The translations under genes were made by a program, and so were the position numbers. The notes below the pieces were generated by a model. That model was not told the DNA's origin and did not search any database. It was given only the letters and a program-made list of their open reading frames with translations. From contig DATHVO010000293.1 of assembly GCA_035461265.1 (NCBI GenBank), forward strand, positions 1-61,747: a DNA stretch of 61,747 nt, read 5' to 3'. Shown piece after piece: positions 17,663 through 27,056 of this stretch. Positions within the stretch are counted from its first letter, which is position 1, and each line of letters begins with the position of its first letter. Source of the DNA: Longimicrobiales bacterium. Lineage in GTDB: Bacteria; Gemmatimonadota; Gemmatimonadetes; Longimicrobiales; RSA9.

Positions 17663-18559
17663 ATGGAAAGGTCAATACCGGGACACAGGATCACGCCGGA
17701 GACGGTGCACCTCAGCAGGGAGGAACGCCGCTCCCTGACCCACGGCGAGTTCTGGATTCCGGACGACGAGCGGGAGGTGTACCGCCTTGCGCTGGAAACG
17801 CTGAACCGTGCGGCAGTCCCGTACGTGGTCAGCGGCCTGTACGCCCTCTACGAGTATACCGGCATCTACCGGCAGACGAAGGATCTCGACCTGTTCGTCG
17901 AGCCGGGCCGCGTCGTGGAAACGGCGCGCGCCCTCCAGGCCGTGGGGTTCCGCCCCCACCTCGAGCAGTCGCACTGGCTGGCCAAGGCCATGCACGGCGA
18001 CAAGCAGATCGATCTGATCTTCGGGACCGGCAATGGCCTCTCGTTCATCGACGCGGGGTGGTATGCCCACTCCAGGGCCGGCATCCTCGCCGGCACGCAG
18101 GTACGCATCGCACCGCCGGAGGAGCTGCTCTGGCACCGCCTGTTCGTCTCCGAGCGCCACCGCTCCGACGTGGCCGACGTGCTGCACCTCATCCTCGCCC
18201 GCGGCGACGAGTTCGACTGGGAGCGACTCCTGGAACGCGTTGGCGCGCACTGGCGGCTGCTTCTAGCGCAGCTGCACCTGTACGACTTCGTGTATCCCGG
18301 CCACCGCGGCCGGATTCCGCAGTGGGTTCGGCGCCGGCTGTACGATGCCGCCGAGTCCGGGATCGACGAGGCGGGCGATCCATCGATCTGCCAGGGCACT
18401 CTCATCTCGCGATTCTCCTACAACATCGACGTGATGGAGTGGGGCTTCAGGGACCTGCGGAAGGAAGCCACCATCGCCACCCGCGAGCTACCCATCGTCC
18501 GCGAGATCACGAGCAGTGACGTGTGGCAGGAACGGCCGGAGGCTGAAAAGAATGGCTGA
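17663..18559 (+). CDS. uncharacterised nucleotidyltransferase-family protein
   Basis: VVSGLYALYEYTGIYRQTKDLDLFV is a pol-beta-type G[SG]...DxD NTase signature. The helical C-terminal half resembles the 'uncharacterised nucleotidyltransferase' family (by memory). Internal ATG of ORF 17096..18559. Confidence 0.6.
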   Translation: MERSIPGHRITPETVHLSREERRSLTHGEFWIPDDEREVYRLALETLNRAAVPYVVSGLYALYEYTGIYRQTKDLDLFVEPGRVVETARALQAVGFRPHLEQSHWLAKAMHGDKQIDLIFGTGNGLSFIDAGWYAHSRAGILAGTQVRIAPPEELLWHRLFVSERHRSDVADVLHLILARGDEFDWERLLERVGAHWRLLLAQLHLYDFVYPGHRGRIPQWVRRRLYDAAESGIDEAGDPSICQGTLISRFSYNIDVMEWGFRDLRKEATIATRELPIVREITSSDVWQERPEAEKNG

Positions 18560-19328
18560 CGGGCAGAGGCAGCTCCGCATCGCGGCGGTCGGCGACATCC
18601 ACTTCGATGGGAACCGGACGGGCGAACTGAGGGAGCTGTTCTCCGACATACAGCGAAGCGCGGACGTGCTCGTCCTCTGCGGCGACCTCACGACCCACGG
18701 GCGGCCCGACCAGATGCGGGCCGTGATCGACGAGCTGGCCGGCGTCAGCGTCCCTGTCGTCGCCGTGCTCGGCAATCACGACTTCGAGCAGGACGAGGAC
18801 GAAGCGTGCACGGCGCTGCTCCAGGAGGCGGGGGTCCAGGTACTCGATGGGACCAGCACCGTCATCGAAGGCGTCGGCTTCGCCGGCACGAAGGGGTTTG
18901 CCGGCGGCTTCGGCCGCGGCGCCCTCGGACCCTTCGGCGAAGCGCTCATCAAGGACTTCGTCAACGCCGCCGTAGACGAGGCGCTGAAGCTCGAGCGCGC
19001 ACTGCAGGAACTCTCCACTGAATCCCGCATCGTCGTGCTGCACTATGCGCCGATTCCGGACACCCTCGCCGGCGAGCCCGAGGTGATCTTCCCCTTCCTC
19101 GGCAGCTCACGCCTCCTGCAGCCCATCGAAACGCTGGGCGCCGACGCCGTGTTCCATGGCCACGCCCACCACGGCATCCTGGAGGCGAGGACGCCGTCGG
19201 GGATTCCCGTCTTCAATGTCGCACTGCCCGTCCTCAGGGAACGGGGACTGAACTTCCAGACCATCACCGTCCCGGCGCCCGACCGCCGGAGCGACCGGGA
19301 ACCGGCGACGGGATCGCCGGCAGACTGA
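18552..19328 (+). CDS. calcineurin-like metallophosphoesterase
   Basis: GDIH, CGDLTTHG, GNHD and GHAHH metal-binding blocks. The ATG at 18552 overlaps the upstream stop (ATGGCTGA). Confidence 0.8.
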   Translation: MADGQRQLRIAAVGDIHFDGNRTGELRELFSDIQRSADVLVLCGDLTTHGRPDQMRAVIDELAGVSVPVVAVLGNHDFEQDEDEACTALLQEAGVQVLDGTSTVIEGVGFAGTKGFAGGFGRGALGPFGEALIKDFVNAAVDEALKLERALQELSTESRIVVLHYAPIPDTLAGEPEVIFPFLGSSRLLQPIETLGADAVFHGHAHHGILEARTPSGIPVFNVALPVLRERGLNFQTITVPAPDRRSDREPATGSPAD

Positions 19329-19407
19329 CCAGCGGCCGGAGCCGGAGCGGGCTGGCGCAGCGGGCAGCCCCGTGGAGTGCGCCGCACCGCCGGAGTCGGA
19401 GCCGCGC

Positions 19408-20421
19408 TCAGCCGTACCGCTCCAGGAAGCGGACGAGTGCCGCCTCCTCCGGGTAGTGACCCACCTTCTCCCGCGTCCTGACCGCCGGCGCCGTACGCCG
19501 GCGCTTCGCCACCGTCTCCACCGTCCGGCCCGACACCTCGTACTCCGCGAGGACGGCGGGATGGATGTACGCCCTCCGGCATATCGCGGGCGTGTTCCCC
19601 AGATCCGTCGCCACCAGTGTGCACACCATCAGCACGTTCCGCTTCGCCTCCGCCTTCGTGCGCGCCGGGCCGAGATCCGCCAGGATCGTGGCCGCCCGCA
19701 CCGTGCCGCCGAACGTGCGCAGATCCTTGGACGTGCAGCGCTCCCCAAGGATCTCCTCCAGGTAGCGGTTCACCGCCGCCGCCGTCACGGGACGGTAGCG
19801 CCGGCCCACGCGGTACTTGAACAGCCGGGGGCCCGGCTGGGCCCTGAGCTCCTCGATGATCTCGACAAGCGGCGTGTCCGCCACCACCTGCCGCTGATCC
19901 AGGCTCCGCTTCCCCTTGTAGAGAAACTCGAGGCTGTTCTCATGGACAATTACGTGCTTCTTCTCCAGCGTGCAGATCCCGAACGTGCGGTTCTCCACGG
20001 CATACCGCTCGCTGCCTGCCCGGAAGTACGCCCGGGCCATCAGCCGCACCACCGTCGCCAGCACCCGCTCGCGGTCCAGTCGGTCCCCTCGAAGGTCCGC
20101 ATTCGTCCGCTCCCGCAGCGTCGGCATGAGGTTGGCCACCCGCAGGACCCTCTTCCACTTCCGGCTGTCCCGCGCCGCCTCGTGCCCGGCGCTGTACCGG
20201 TACTGGCGACGGCCCGCCTGGTCCTGCCCCCATGCCTGCACCTTGCGGTCCGGGTCCGGCGAGATGTGCACGTCCGACCACGCGGGAGGAATGGCCAGGG
20301 AGCGGATTCGCGCCAGCGTCGCTTCCGCCGTCAGCCGCCGCCCATTCAGGCCGAGGTACCGAAACCCGGACCGGGCAGTCCCCGTGCGGCGCCACCAGCG
20401 CGTCTCCCCATTCTCGTGCAT
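19408..20421 (-). CDS. type IB DNA topoisomerase (poxvirus-like bacterial TopIB)
   Basis: IPPAWSDVHISPD, YKGKRS, KDLRTFGGT and the C-terminal catalytic-Tyr block NTPAICRRAYIHP. The start could be ATG 20421 or ATG 20505. Confidence 0.8.
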   Translation of the reverse strand: MHENGETRWWRRTGTARSGFRYLGLNGRRLTAEATLARIRSLAIPPAWSDVHISPDPDRKVQAWGQDQAGRRQYRYSAGHEAARDSRKWKRVLRVANLMPTLRERTNADLRGDRLDRERVLATVVRLMARAYFRAGSERYAVENRTFGICTLEKKHVIVHENSLEFLYKGKRSLDQRQVVADTPLVEIIEELRAQPGPRLFKYRVGRRYRPVTAAAVNRYLEEILGERCTSKDLRTFGGTVRAATILADLGPARTKAEAKRNVLMVCTLVATDLGNTPAICRRAYIHPAVLAEYEVSGRTVETVAKRRRTAPAVRTREKVGHYPEEAALVRFLERYG

Positions 20422-20479
20422 GCCCGCCCCCGCTACACGCCCCGTGCCACGCCGTCGGCACGGCCATTCCTCCGCCCCC

Positions 20480-20508
20480 TTGCGCCGCGACCCGCCCGTC
20501 GCCAATAT
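20480..20508 (+). promoter_or_regulatory. candidate sigma-70-type promoter of copA
   Basis: TTGCGC (20480-20485), a 17-nt spacer, then CAATAT (20503-20508). It is followed by ATATA-GGGGCGGGGGG-TATAT at 20505-20526. Confidence 0.3.
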
Positions 20509-20552
20509 AGGGGCGGGGGGTATATGAGACCACGGAGGACGGATGGTGACCG

Positions 20553-23132
20553 GTGAGTGAGTCGGCGGCTGTCGGGCGGGCGGCGGGCGGACGTGGAGCG
20601 GGCGGGGGCGGAGATCGCCTGACGATCCCGGTGACGGGGATGACGTGCGCCGCGTGCGCGAGCCGGGTGCAGCGGAAGCTGGAGCGCACGGATGGCGTAC
20701 GCGACGCCTCGGTGAATTTCGGTACGGAGCGGGCCACGGTGGTCTACGACGCGTCGCGCCTGACGGCGGCGGAGCTGGTGGGCCTGGTGGAGTCGGCGGG
20801 ATACGGTGCGCGGACGGAGGAGGTGGTCCTGCCGGTTGCGGGGCTGGAGTGGGCGGCGACGGCGGAGCCGGTGGAGCGGGAGCTGCGCTCGCTGCGGGGT
20901 GTGATCCGTGCGAGTGTGAACCTGGCGACGGCCGAGGCGCGGGTCGAGCTCCTGCCTGATGCGGTTACGCCGGCGGATCTGGCGGCTGCGGTGGAGCGGG
21001 CAGGGTACGGCCTGGCCGAGACGGTGGAGATCGCGGACCCGGTGGAGCGGGAGCGGGTGTCCCGTGAGCGGGAGTATCGCACGCTGCTGAGGAAGTTCTG
21101 GCTGGCGGCGGCGGTGGGCGTGCTGGCGATGGTGCTCATGATGCCGCTCATGATGGAGCCGTCGGCCATGCACGGAGCGGACCTGCTGGACCGCCTCATG
21201 ATGCCGGTGGCCCACTGGATGATGGGGGTGGTGCCGTGGCTGTTCGAGCTCGAGCCCGGCGTGATCCGCTGGGCCCTGCTCGTCCTGACCACTCCGGTGA
21301 TTGCGTGGTCAGGGCGTCACTTCTTCCGTGGCGCGTACAGCGGGTTCCTCCACGGCACGGCGGACATGAACACGCTCATCGCGGTGGGGACGGGGTCTGC
21401 ATACCTGTTCAGCGTGGCGGTTACCGTGGCACCGGGTGTCTTTACGGGTGCGGGTCTGGCGGCGGACGTCTACTACGAGGCTGTCGCCATGATCATCGCC
21501 CTGATCCTGCTGGGCAAGGTTCTGGAGGCGCGGGCGAAGGGGCGCACGTCGGACGCCATCCGCCGTCTCATGGGGCTGCAGCCGAAGACGGCGCGGGTGA
21601 TGCGCGGTGATGAGGAGGCGGACGTCGCGGTGGAGGATCTCGAGGTGGGCGATGTCATCGTGGTGCGGCCGGGTGAGCGCGTCCCCGTGGACGGGATGGT
21701 GGTGAGCGGCCGGAGCGCGGTGGACGAGTCCATGCTCACGGGCGAGCCACTCCCCGTGGAAAAGTCGGCGGGCGACGAGGTAGTGGGGGGCACGATCAAC
21801 GGGAGCGGCGCGTTCCGGTTCCGGGCGATGAAGGTGGGCCGGGACACGGCGCTGGCGCAGATCGTCCGGCTGGTCCAGGAGGCCCAGGGCGAGAAGGCGC
21901 CGATCCAGCGGCTGGCCGACCGGATATCGGGAATCTTCGTCCCGGTGGTCGTCTCCATCGCCATTGCCGCGTTCGTGGTGTGGTACAACGTGGGTCCCGA
22001 GCCGCGCTTCATCTTCGCCCTGGTGTCCTTCGTCACGGTGCTGATCATCGCGTGCCCGTGCGCCCTTGGCCTGGCGACGCCCACGGCGGTGATGGTGGGC
22101 ACGGGGGCGGGCGCGGAGCGTGGAGTGCTGTTCCGGGGCGGCGAGTCCCTCGAGCTCGCCCGTGACATCGGCGTGGTCGTGCTGGACAAGACGGGAACGG
22201 TGACGGAGGGTCGGCCGCGGCTGGTGGAAGTCCGGATGGCGGGTGATGCGGCCGCGCCGGAGGGCGTGCTCCGGCTGGTGGGCTCGGTGGAGCGGGTGTC
22301 CGAGCACCCGCTGGGCGCGGCCATCGTGGAGGGCGCCCGGGAGCGGGGCGTCGAGCTGGTGGATGCCACGGACTTCGCATCCTTCGGCGGGCGCGGCGTC
22401 TTCGGCGTGGTGGACGGCAGGCGGGTACTGGTGGGGAACCGGGCCCTCCTGGAGGAGAGCGGTGTGGACGCCGGTGCCCTGGCGGAGGTGGCGGCGGCCG
22501 AGGCGGGCATGGGACGGACGCCGGTGTACGTGGCGGTGGACGACAGCGCGGAGGCCCTGCTGCTCATCGAGGACCCCGTGAAGCCCGGCAGTGCGGCTGC
22601 GGTGGCGGAGCTGCGCCGGCTCGGCATGGACGTCATAATGCTCACGGGCGACAACGAGCGGACGGCCCGTGCCGTTGCTGCACAGGTGGGGATCGACAAG
22701 GTCGTCGCCGATGTGCGACCCGCAGGCAAGGCCCGGGTGGTGAAGGAACTCCAGGAGCAGACGGGCCGGCGCGTGGCCATGGTGGGGGACGGCGTGAACG
22801 ATGCACCGGCCCTCGCCCAGGCGGACCTGGGCATCGCCATCGGCACGGGCACGGACGTGGCGATGGAGGCCAGTGACGTTACCCTGGTGGGTGGCGAGCT
22901 CGGCGGCGTGATCACGGCGGTCCTGCTGTCGCGGAGCACCATGCGCGTCATACGCCAGAACCTGTTCTGGGCGTTCTTCTACAACGCCGCAGGTGTGCCC
23001 ATCGCGGCGGGAGCGCTGTATCCCTTCTTCGGCGTGCTGCTCTCCCCGGTGTTCGCCAGCGCGGCCATGGCGTTCAGCAGCGTGTCCGTGGTGAGCAACA
23101 GCCTGCGGCTCCGTACCGTGCTGCGAAAGTGA
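20553..23132 (+). CDS. copA: copper-translocating P1B-type ATPase
   Basis: N-terminal HMA domain with [11 protein letters not shown]. Also TGEP, the CPC motif ([13 protein letters not shown]), DKTGTVT and [13 protein letters not shown] start follows GGAGGACGG. Confidence 0.9.
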   Translation: MSESAAVGRAAGGRGAGGGGDRLTIPVTGMTCAACASRVQRKLERTDGVRDASVNFGTERATVVYDASRLTAAELVGLVESAGYGARTEEVVLPVAGLEWAATAEPVERELRSLRGVIRASVNLATAEARVELLPDAVTPADLAAAVERAGYGLAETVEIADPVERERVSREREYRTLLRKFWLAAAVGVLAMVLMMPLMMEPSAMHGADLLDRLMMPVAHWMMGVVPWLFELEPGVIRWALLVLTTPVIAWSGRHFFRGAYSGFLHGTADMNTLIAVGTGSAYLFSVAVTVAPGVFTGAGLAADVYYEAVAMIIALILLGKVLEARAKGRTSDAIRRLMGLQPKTARVMRGDEEADVAVEDLEVGDVIVVRPGERVPVDGMVVSGRSAVDESMLTGEPLPVEKSAGDEVVGGTINGSGAFRFRAMKVGRDTALAQIVRLVQEAQGEKAPIQRLADRISGIFVPVVVSIAIAAFVVWYNVGPEPRFIFALVSFVTVLIIACPCALGLATPTAVMVGTGAGAERGVLFRGGESLELARDIGVVVLDKTGTVTEGRPRLVEVRMAGDAAAPEGVLRLVGSVERVSEHPLGAAIVEGARERGVELVDATDFASFGGRGVFGVVDGRRVLVGNRALLEESGVDAGALAEVAAAEAGMGRTPVYVAVDDSAEALLLIEDPVKPGSAAAVAELRRLGMDVIMLTGDNERTARAVAAQVGIDKVVADVRPAGKARVVKELQEQTGRRVAMVGDGVNDAPALAQADLGIAIGTGTDVAMEASDVTLVGGELGGVITAVLLSRSTMRVIRQNLFWAFFYNAAGVPIAAGALYPFFGVLLSPVFASAAMAFSSVSVVSNSLRLRTVLRK

Positions 23133-23139
23133 GGTGCAC

Positions 23140-23220
23140 ATGGACCGCGTGATCGTGACGGTGGCCGGCGTCCTGGCCATCGTCTGGGTGAACTGGTACT
23201 TCCTGGTGCGGGGCCGATAG
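23140..23220 (+). CDS. 26-codon transmembrane micro-ORF downstream of copA (not in ORF track)
   Basis: ATG at 23140, 3 nt after GAGGTG (23131-23136), which overlaps the copA stop. It encodes MDRVIVTVAGVLAIVWVNWYFLVRGR with stop TAG at 23218-23220. GC3-rich codons. Confidence 0.35.
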   Translation: MDRVIVTVAGVLAIVWVNWYFLVRGR

Positions 23221-23251
23221 GCCGGCGCCGGGGCGGATGAGGAGAGAATCG

Positions 23252-23467
23252 ATGGCGACTGCGACACTGAAGGTATCGGGCATGACCTGCCAGCATTGCG
23301 TGCGGGCGGTGCGGGAGGCGCTGGAAGGACAGGACGGCGTGCACAGCGCGGACGTGGACCTCACGGCCGGCCGCGCCGTCGTGGAGTACGACGAGGATCG
23401 GGTCTCGCCGGAGGCGCTTGCCGGCGCCGTGGCCGAGGAAGGCTACCAGGCCGAGCCGCAAGACTGA
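23252..23467 (+). CDS. copZ: copper chaperone, heavy-metal-associated domain
   Basis: MATATLKVSGMTCQHCVRAVREAL is a GMTCxxC ferredoxin-like HMA fold. The ATG at 23252 follows GAGGAGAG. Confidence 0.85.
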   Translation: MATATLKVSGMTCQHCVRAVREALEGQDGVHSADVDLTAGRAVVEYDEDRVSPEALAGAVAEEGYQAEPQD

Positions 23468-23480
23468 GACTCCGGGTCCG

Positions 23481-24545
23481 TCAGTTCCCGAAGTAGATGT
23501 ACGCGTCGGCCAGGCGGGAGAAGGGTGCGTTCCGGGGCTCGAAGGCGAACGTCAGCCCCGTGGTGCCCACCGTCCGTACGGGCGTTCGTGAAAGCCGGTC
23601 GAAATCGTCGTTGATCCGCAAGCCGAATCCGGAGCCGGCCCCCGCCCTCCGCATGACGTCGGCCGCGTCCGTGCCCCGGTACGCCACCACGTCCGTGGTC
23701 ACGGCCCGGGACGGCGCGGCGTCCACCAGGATCGTGTACACATCCCGCGGGTAGCGCTCCGCAAGCTGGGCGGCCAGCCACGTCACCTCCACTGGCCGCG
23801 TGCCGCCCGTCTGGATCCGGCCGCCACCGGACTTCAGTGCGTGCAGGCCTCCCACGAAGAACAGGACGCGGGCGCCCGGATTCCTGGCCAGCTCCCGGGT
23901 CGTGACCGCCTCGAGCATATGGGCGTCCCGCTGGCCGAACAGGCGCGCCGCGTCGTGGGGTGATGTGGCCCGGGCCGGCGGCCAGCCCTGCAGGTCCGCC
24001 GCCACGATCCGGACCCGCCGGTGGGCGCCCAGCGCCTGGTTCACCCGCCACACCGTCCGGTACAGGTCCACAAAGGTCCGGGACGCGCCGTCATCCTCGC
24101 GGATGGCCCGTGGCCGCGACATCAGAATGGACGCATCCTCCGGTGAAGTCGCCAGGTAGCGGTCGATGTGAGGCTGCTCCGCCGCATCCACATCCAGCAC
24201 CACCAGATCCAGACCGGGTCCCGTCGCCAGGCGCTCGATGGCCGCAGCGGCGAACCGCTTCGGCGCAGCCGCCGACGGAATGTCCGCAAGAAACAGCAGC
24301 CGGCGGGAACGGCCCGCCACATCCACCAGGTCCAGAGGGTCCAGCCGGCTGTCTCGCGCGTACGCGGCCAGCTCCTCGTCGCCATCGCCGCCCCGCCGCA
24401 TCTCGAGGACCGCCGCTGCCGCCACGATCACCACCAGAGCCGCAAGCGACAGCCGGCCGATCGTCCCTGTCTTCGCCACCCGCGTACGCGGCATGTACCG
24501 CCGCCGCGCCTGCCGGTGCCGCCACCATTCCAGCGGGTTCCTCAT
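23481..24545 (-). CDS. membrane-anchored hypothetical protein
   Basis: 354 aa with one N-terminal TM segment (LSLAALVVIVAAAAVL). There is faint ChaN/erythromycin-esterase-like character, which I could not substantiate. Confidence 0.55.
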   Translation of the reverse strand: MRNPLEWWRHRQARRRYMPRTRVAKTGTIGRLSLAALVVIVAAAAVLEMRRGGDGDEELAAYARDSRLDPLDLVDVAGRSRRLLFLADIPSAAAPKRFAAAAIERLATGPGLDLVVLDVDAAEQPHIDRYLATSPEDASILMSRPRAIREDDGASRTFVDLYRTVWRVNQALGAHRRVRIVAADLQGWPPARATSPHDAARLFGQRDAHMLEAVTTRELARNPGARVLFFVGGLHALKSGGGRIQTGGTRPVEVTWLAAQLAERYPRDVYTILVDAAPSRAVTTDVVAYRGTDAADVMRRAGAGSGFGLRINDDFDRLSRTPVRTVGTTGLTFAFEPRNAPFSRLADAYIYFGN

Positions 24546-24748
24546 CGCTCCTCCGCCATTACGTCATGATCCGGACACCGGGCCTCCGTTGCAACCCCCG
24601 CGCCCGCCGCGCGTGACCGACCGCCGACCCGGTATACGCCACCGTATGGGGCCCCGGGAGGACGGCGGGATGCCGTGTGGAGAGTTGCCGCCGGCGGGGT
24701 CTGCCGCTAAATTGGGGCTCCAGCTCCCACCCATAATGTGGAGGTCCG

Positions 24749-24940
24749 ATGGACGATAGTGTCGCGAAGGATGCCAAGCGGTTGCTCCTGCGCTATGGTG
24801 CTCCGATTTCGGTCGTGGACCAGCTGTCGGACGATGAGCGGATCACGTATGCCCGCTCCATGATCCGAACGGCAGTACCGGATCGGCCCGCCTTCCTGCG
24901 GGGGCTGCTGTCCAACGATGGACGCATGACCGCCCGGTAG
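24749..24940 (+). CDS. small hypothetical protein (63 aa)
   Basis: ATG preceded by GGAGGTCCG. No family recognised. Confidence 0.45.
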   Translation: MDDSVAKDAKRLLLRYGAPISVVDQLSDDERITYARSMIRTAVPDRPAFLRGLLSNDGRMTAR

Positions 24941-24972
24941 CCGACGCCGGCATCATGTTTACGAGGGGCCGC

Positions 24973-25944
24973 TCACGTTGTGGGCGGCCCCTCGGCGTTT
25001 CCGGCGGGGGCGACCCTTTCGATTTCGAGGGTGCGGGCGTGGTCCAGGACGAGCTGGACGGGCACGACGCTGCCGCCCGGGGCAGGGCGCACGGCCAGCC
25101 GGGCGTCCACGCCGTCCACGGCGGTCTGCCTCACGGTCCCCGGCACGAGGGGCTCGAGGAGGGCGGTGATCGGGATGGGTCCGGCATCCTGCTCCACGGT
25201 GACCCGCAGCCGGTCGCCTGTCGCGTCCACGCGGAGGTTGAGCGAGTCATCTCCTACCCGGATCTCCCGCACGTCCAGCCCCTCCCCGTCGAAAACTCCC
25301 CTCGGCCTGAGCCAGACGCGGTGCCGTGTGGCATCGGGCGAGATTCCGAGGAGGCCGTGCACGGCGGCCAGGACGAAGCGCGCGGCGTCGAGTGGCTGCT
25401 CCGATGCGAGGCGCGTGTGCCCGTCGCCGGTCCAGGCCTGGGCGGGATCGGGTTCGACGTCGAGGGCGAGGGCGAGGAGCGTGCTCCCGGCGCCCCGGTG
25501 GAGGGACATCCGGGCGTCCCGTGCCGGGGCGCGCAGGCGTGCGGCGAGGGCGGGGTCGCCCATGTCCGTGGCGGTGCGCTCGAGGCCCACGACGGTGGCG
25601 GCGGCGATGATGCGCTCGTCGGTGCCGCCGGTATTCTGCGCGGGGCATTCCGCGGCCTGTCGCACGGCGGGCCAGGACAGCGCTGCGGACCGGAGGTCTC
25701 CGGTCCACGCCACGTAGCGGCCCACGAGGAGCGGGACGAGGTGGGCGAGGTCGGGCTCGATGGTGCGCAGGGCGCTCCGGACGCGGTGTGCCCGTCCTGC
25801 TGCGAGCCATGCGAGGGCCACGGTCAGCGCGCCGACGGGGCCTCCGGCTGCGTCGAGGGCTGGAATCTCGTCGAGGATGCGCGCAGCGCTGGCCAGGTCG
25901 CTGCCCGCGGTGGCGGGCTTCAGGATTCGGATGTATTCGGACAC
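24973..25944 (-). CDS. hypothetical protein (possibly a remnant or short form of an alpha/alpha-barrel plus beta-sandwich glycosidase-like protein)
   Basis: Only the 3-prime 324 codons of ORF 24973..26961 are free of the DUF1207 gene on the other strand. The first usable start is GTG 25944 (VSEYIRILKP). The family call is weak. Confidence 0.4.
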   Translation of the reverse strand: MSEYIRILKPATAGSDLASAARILDEIPALDAAGGPVGALTVALAWLAAGRAHRVRSALRTIEPDLAHLVPLLVGRYVAWTGDLRSAALSWPAVRQAAECPAQNTGGTDERIIAAATVVGLERTATDMGDPALAARLRAPARDARMSLHRGAGSTLLALALDVEPDPAQAWTGDGHTRLASEQPLDAARFVLAAVHGLLGISPDATRHRVWLRPRGVFDGEGLDVREIRVGDDSLNLRVDATGDRLRVTVEQDAGPIPITALLEPLVPGTVRQTAVDGVDARLAVRPAPGGSVVPVQLVLDHARTLEIERVAPAGNAEGPPTT

Positions 25945-26034
25945 GGCGGCCTCGCTTGACTCACCCGTTTGCGCGGGGGAGAATGCAGGAGCGGGGGCCT
26001 GCCCGCAACGGAACCGGTCTACGCGGGAGGGTGC

Positions 26035-26928
26035 ATGCGAGGTAGCGGGGGTAGGGCGATGATCTGTGCGGCCGCACTCGTGCTGCTGTCCGCCCCCGGC
26101 AACGCCCAGGATGGTGCGATCCTGCCCCCGGACCGCCATCACACGCCGCCTGTGGCGGACCCGTCCGCACCGCGCATGTCCGTGGCGCTCATGCGGACGA
26201 ACCTGCTCCGCGTGGAGGGAGGGGAGCGGGCGCCGTTCGAGCTGCCGGACGCCGATATGGAGACGGTGGCGACGATCTCGCTGGGCGCGATCCTGCCGCT
26301 GGTGCGGCTGGCGGAGTGGGAGGGGGGCGGTGCGGCGCTGGTCCTGGAAGCGAAGGTGTTCGGTCGTTTCCGCGTGCAGGAGCCGAGCCGCGACGACATG
26401 GGTCAGGACTGGATCATCGCCGGCGGCGTCGAGGCGCGTCACGATGCGTGGTCCGGCCGCACCATGCTGAGCCACCGGAGCTCGCACCTGGGCGACGAGT
26501 TCATCGAGGAGACCGGCGCCCGGCGCATCGAGTTCGGGAACGAGCAGGTCGAAGTCATGGCGGCGTACGCGGCGACGGGCCTGGGCCGTTTCTACGGCGG
26601 CGGTGCCTGGATCTTCCGCTCGTACCTGGGCTGGGATTCGCGCCTGCGCGCTCTCGACGTTCGCGACCGCGCGGCGGTGCAGCTGGGCGTGGACCGGGAA
26701 TGGCGCCCGTTCAAGGACCGACGCGTGGGCGTGTGGGGAGGCGTGGACTGGCAGGCGGCGGAGCGCACGTCGTGGCGCGGTGCCGTGGCGGTGGCGGCGG
26801 GAATCGGCGTCGGCTCGTCGCGTACGCTGCGGCTCGTCGCGCGGTACTACGACGGCCCGTCCACCATGGGCCAGTTCTTTCTCACCGGCGAGCGGACGTT
26901 CGCCCTCGAGCTGATGGGTGCGCTGTAG
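26035..26928 (+). CDS. DUF1207-like outer-membrane protein
   Basis: Signal peptide (MICAAALVLLSAPGNAQ). The body has the HRSSHLGDEF motif and the beta-barrel-like alternation typical of DUF1207 (by memory). Confidence 0.65.
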   Translation: MRGSGGRAMICAAALVLLSAPGNAQDGAILPPDRHHTPPVADPSAPRMSVALMRTNLLRVEGGERAPFELPDADMETVATISLGAILPLVRLAEWEGGGAALVLEAKVFGRFRVQEPSRDDMGQDWIIAGGVEARHDAWSGRTMLSHRSSHLGDEFIEETGARRIEFGNEQVEVMAAYAATGLGRFYGGGAWIFRSYLGWDSRLRALDVRDRAAVQLGVDREWRPFKDRRVGVWGGVDWQAAERTSWRGAVAVAAGIGVGSSRTLRLVARYYDGPSTMGQFFLTGERTFALELMGAL

Positions 26929-26966
26929 CGGCCCTTGCTGGGAGTGCATCGTGCCCGCCACTTTGC

Positions 26967-26991
26967 ACGGCTCCGGGATGGAGCCGTTTTT
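26967..26991 (+). terminator. Rho-independent terminator after the DUF1207 gene
   Basis: ACGGCTCC (26967-26974) and GGAGCCGT (26980-26987) form the stem, with a 5-nt loop, followed by a T-run (the last stem T plus TTTT, 26987-26991). Confidence 0.6.
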
Positions 26992-27056
26992 CGCAGTGTA
27001 TTGAGCATGCAGAACGCTGGACTACCGACGACGGACGCGGCCGGACGGGCGAACGC

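Noticed and set aside
20505-20526. ATATA-GGGGCGGGGGG-TATAT just downstream of the putative copA -10 box, considered as a CsoR/CueR-type copper operator.
   Set aside because: Only the AT arms are inverted repeats; the G-tract centre is not palindromic (CsoR sites pair C-tracts with G-tracts). The promoter spacer is 17 nt rather than the 19-20 nt of MerR-type promoters. No copper regulator gene is nearby. It is kept only as part of the promoter note.
24973-26961. 662-aa minus-strand ORF that looks like one large gene.
   Set aside because: Its 5-prime two-thirds is antisense to the well-supported DUF1207 gene (26035..26928) and reads as Arg-rich nonsense. Only the last 324 codons were kept, with low confidence.
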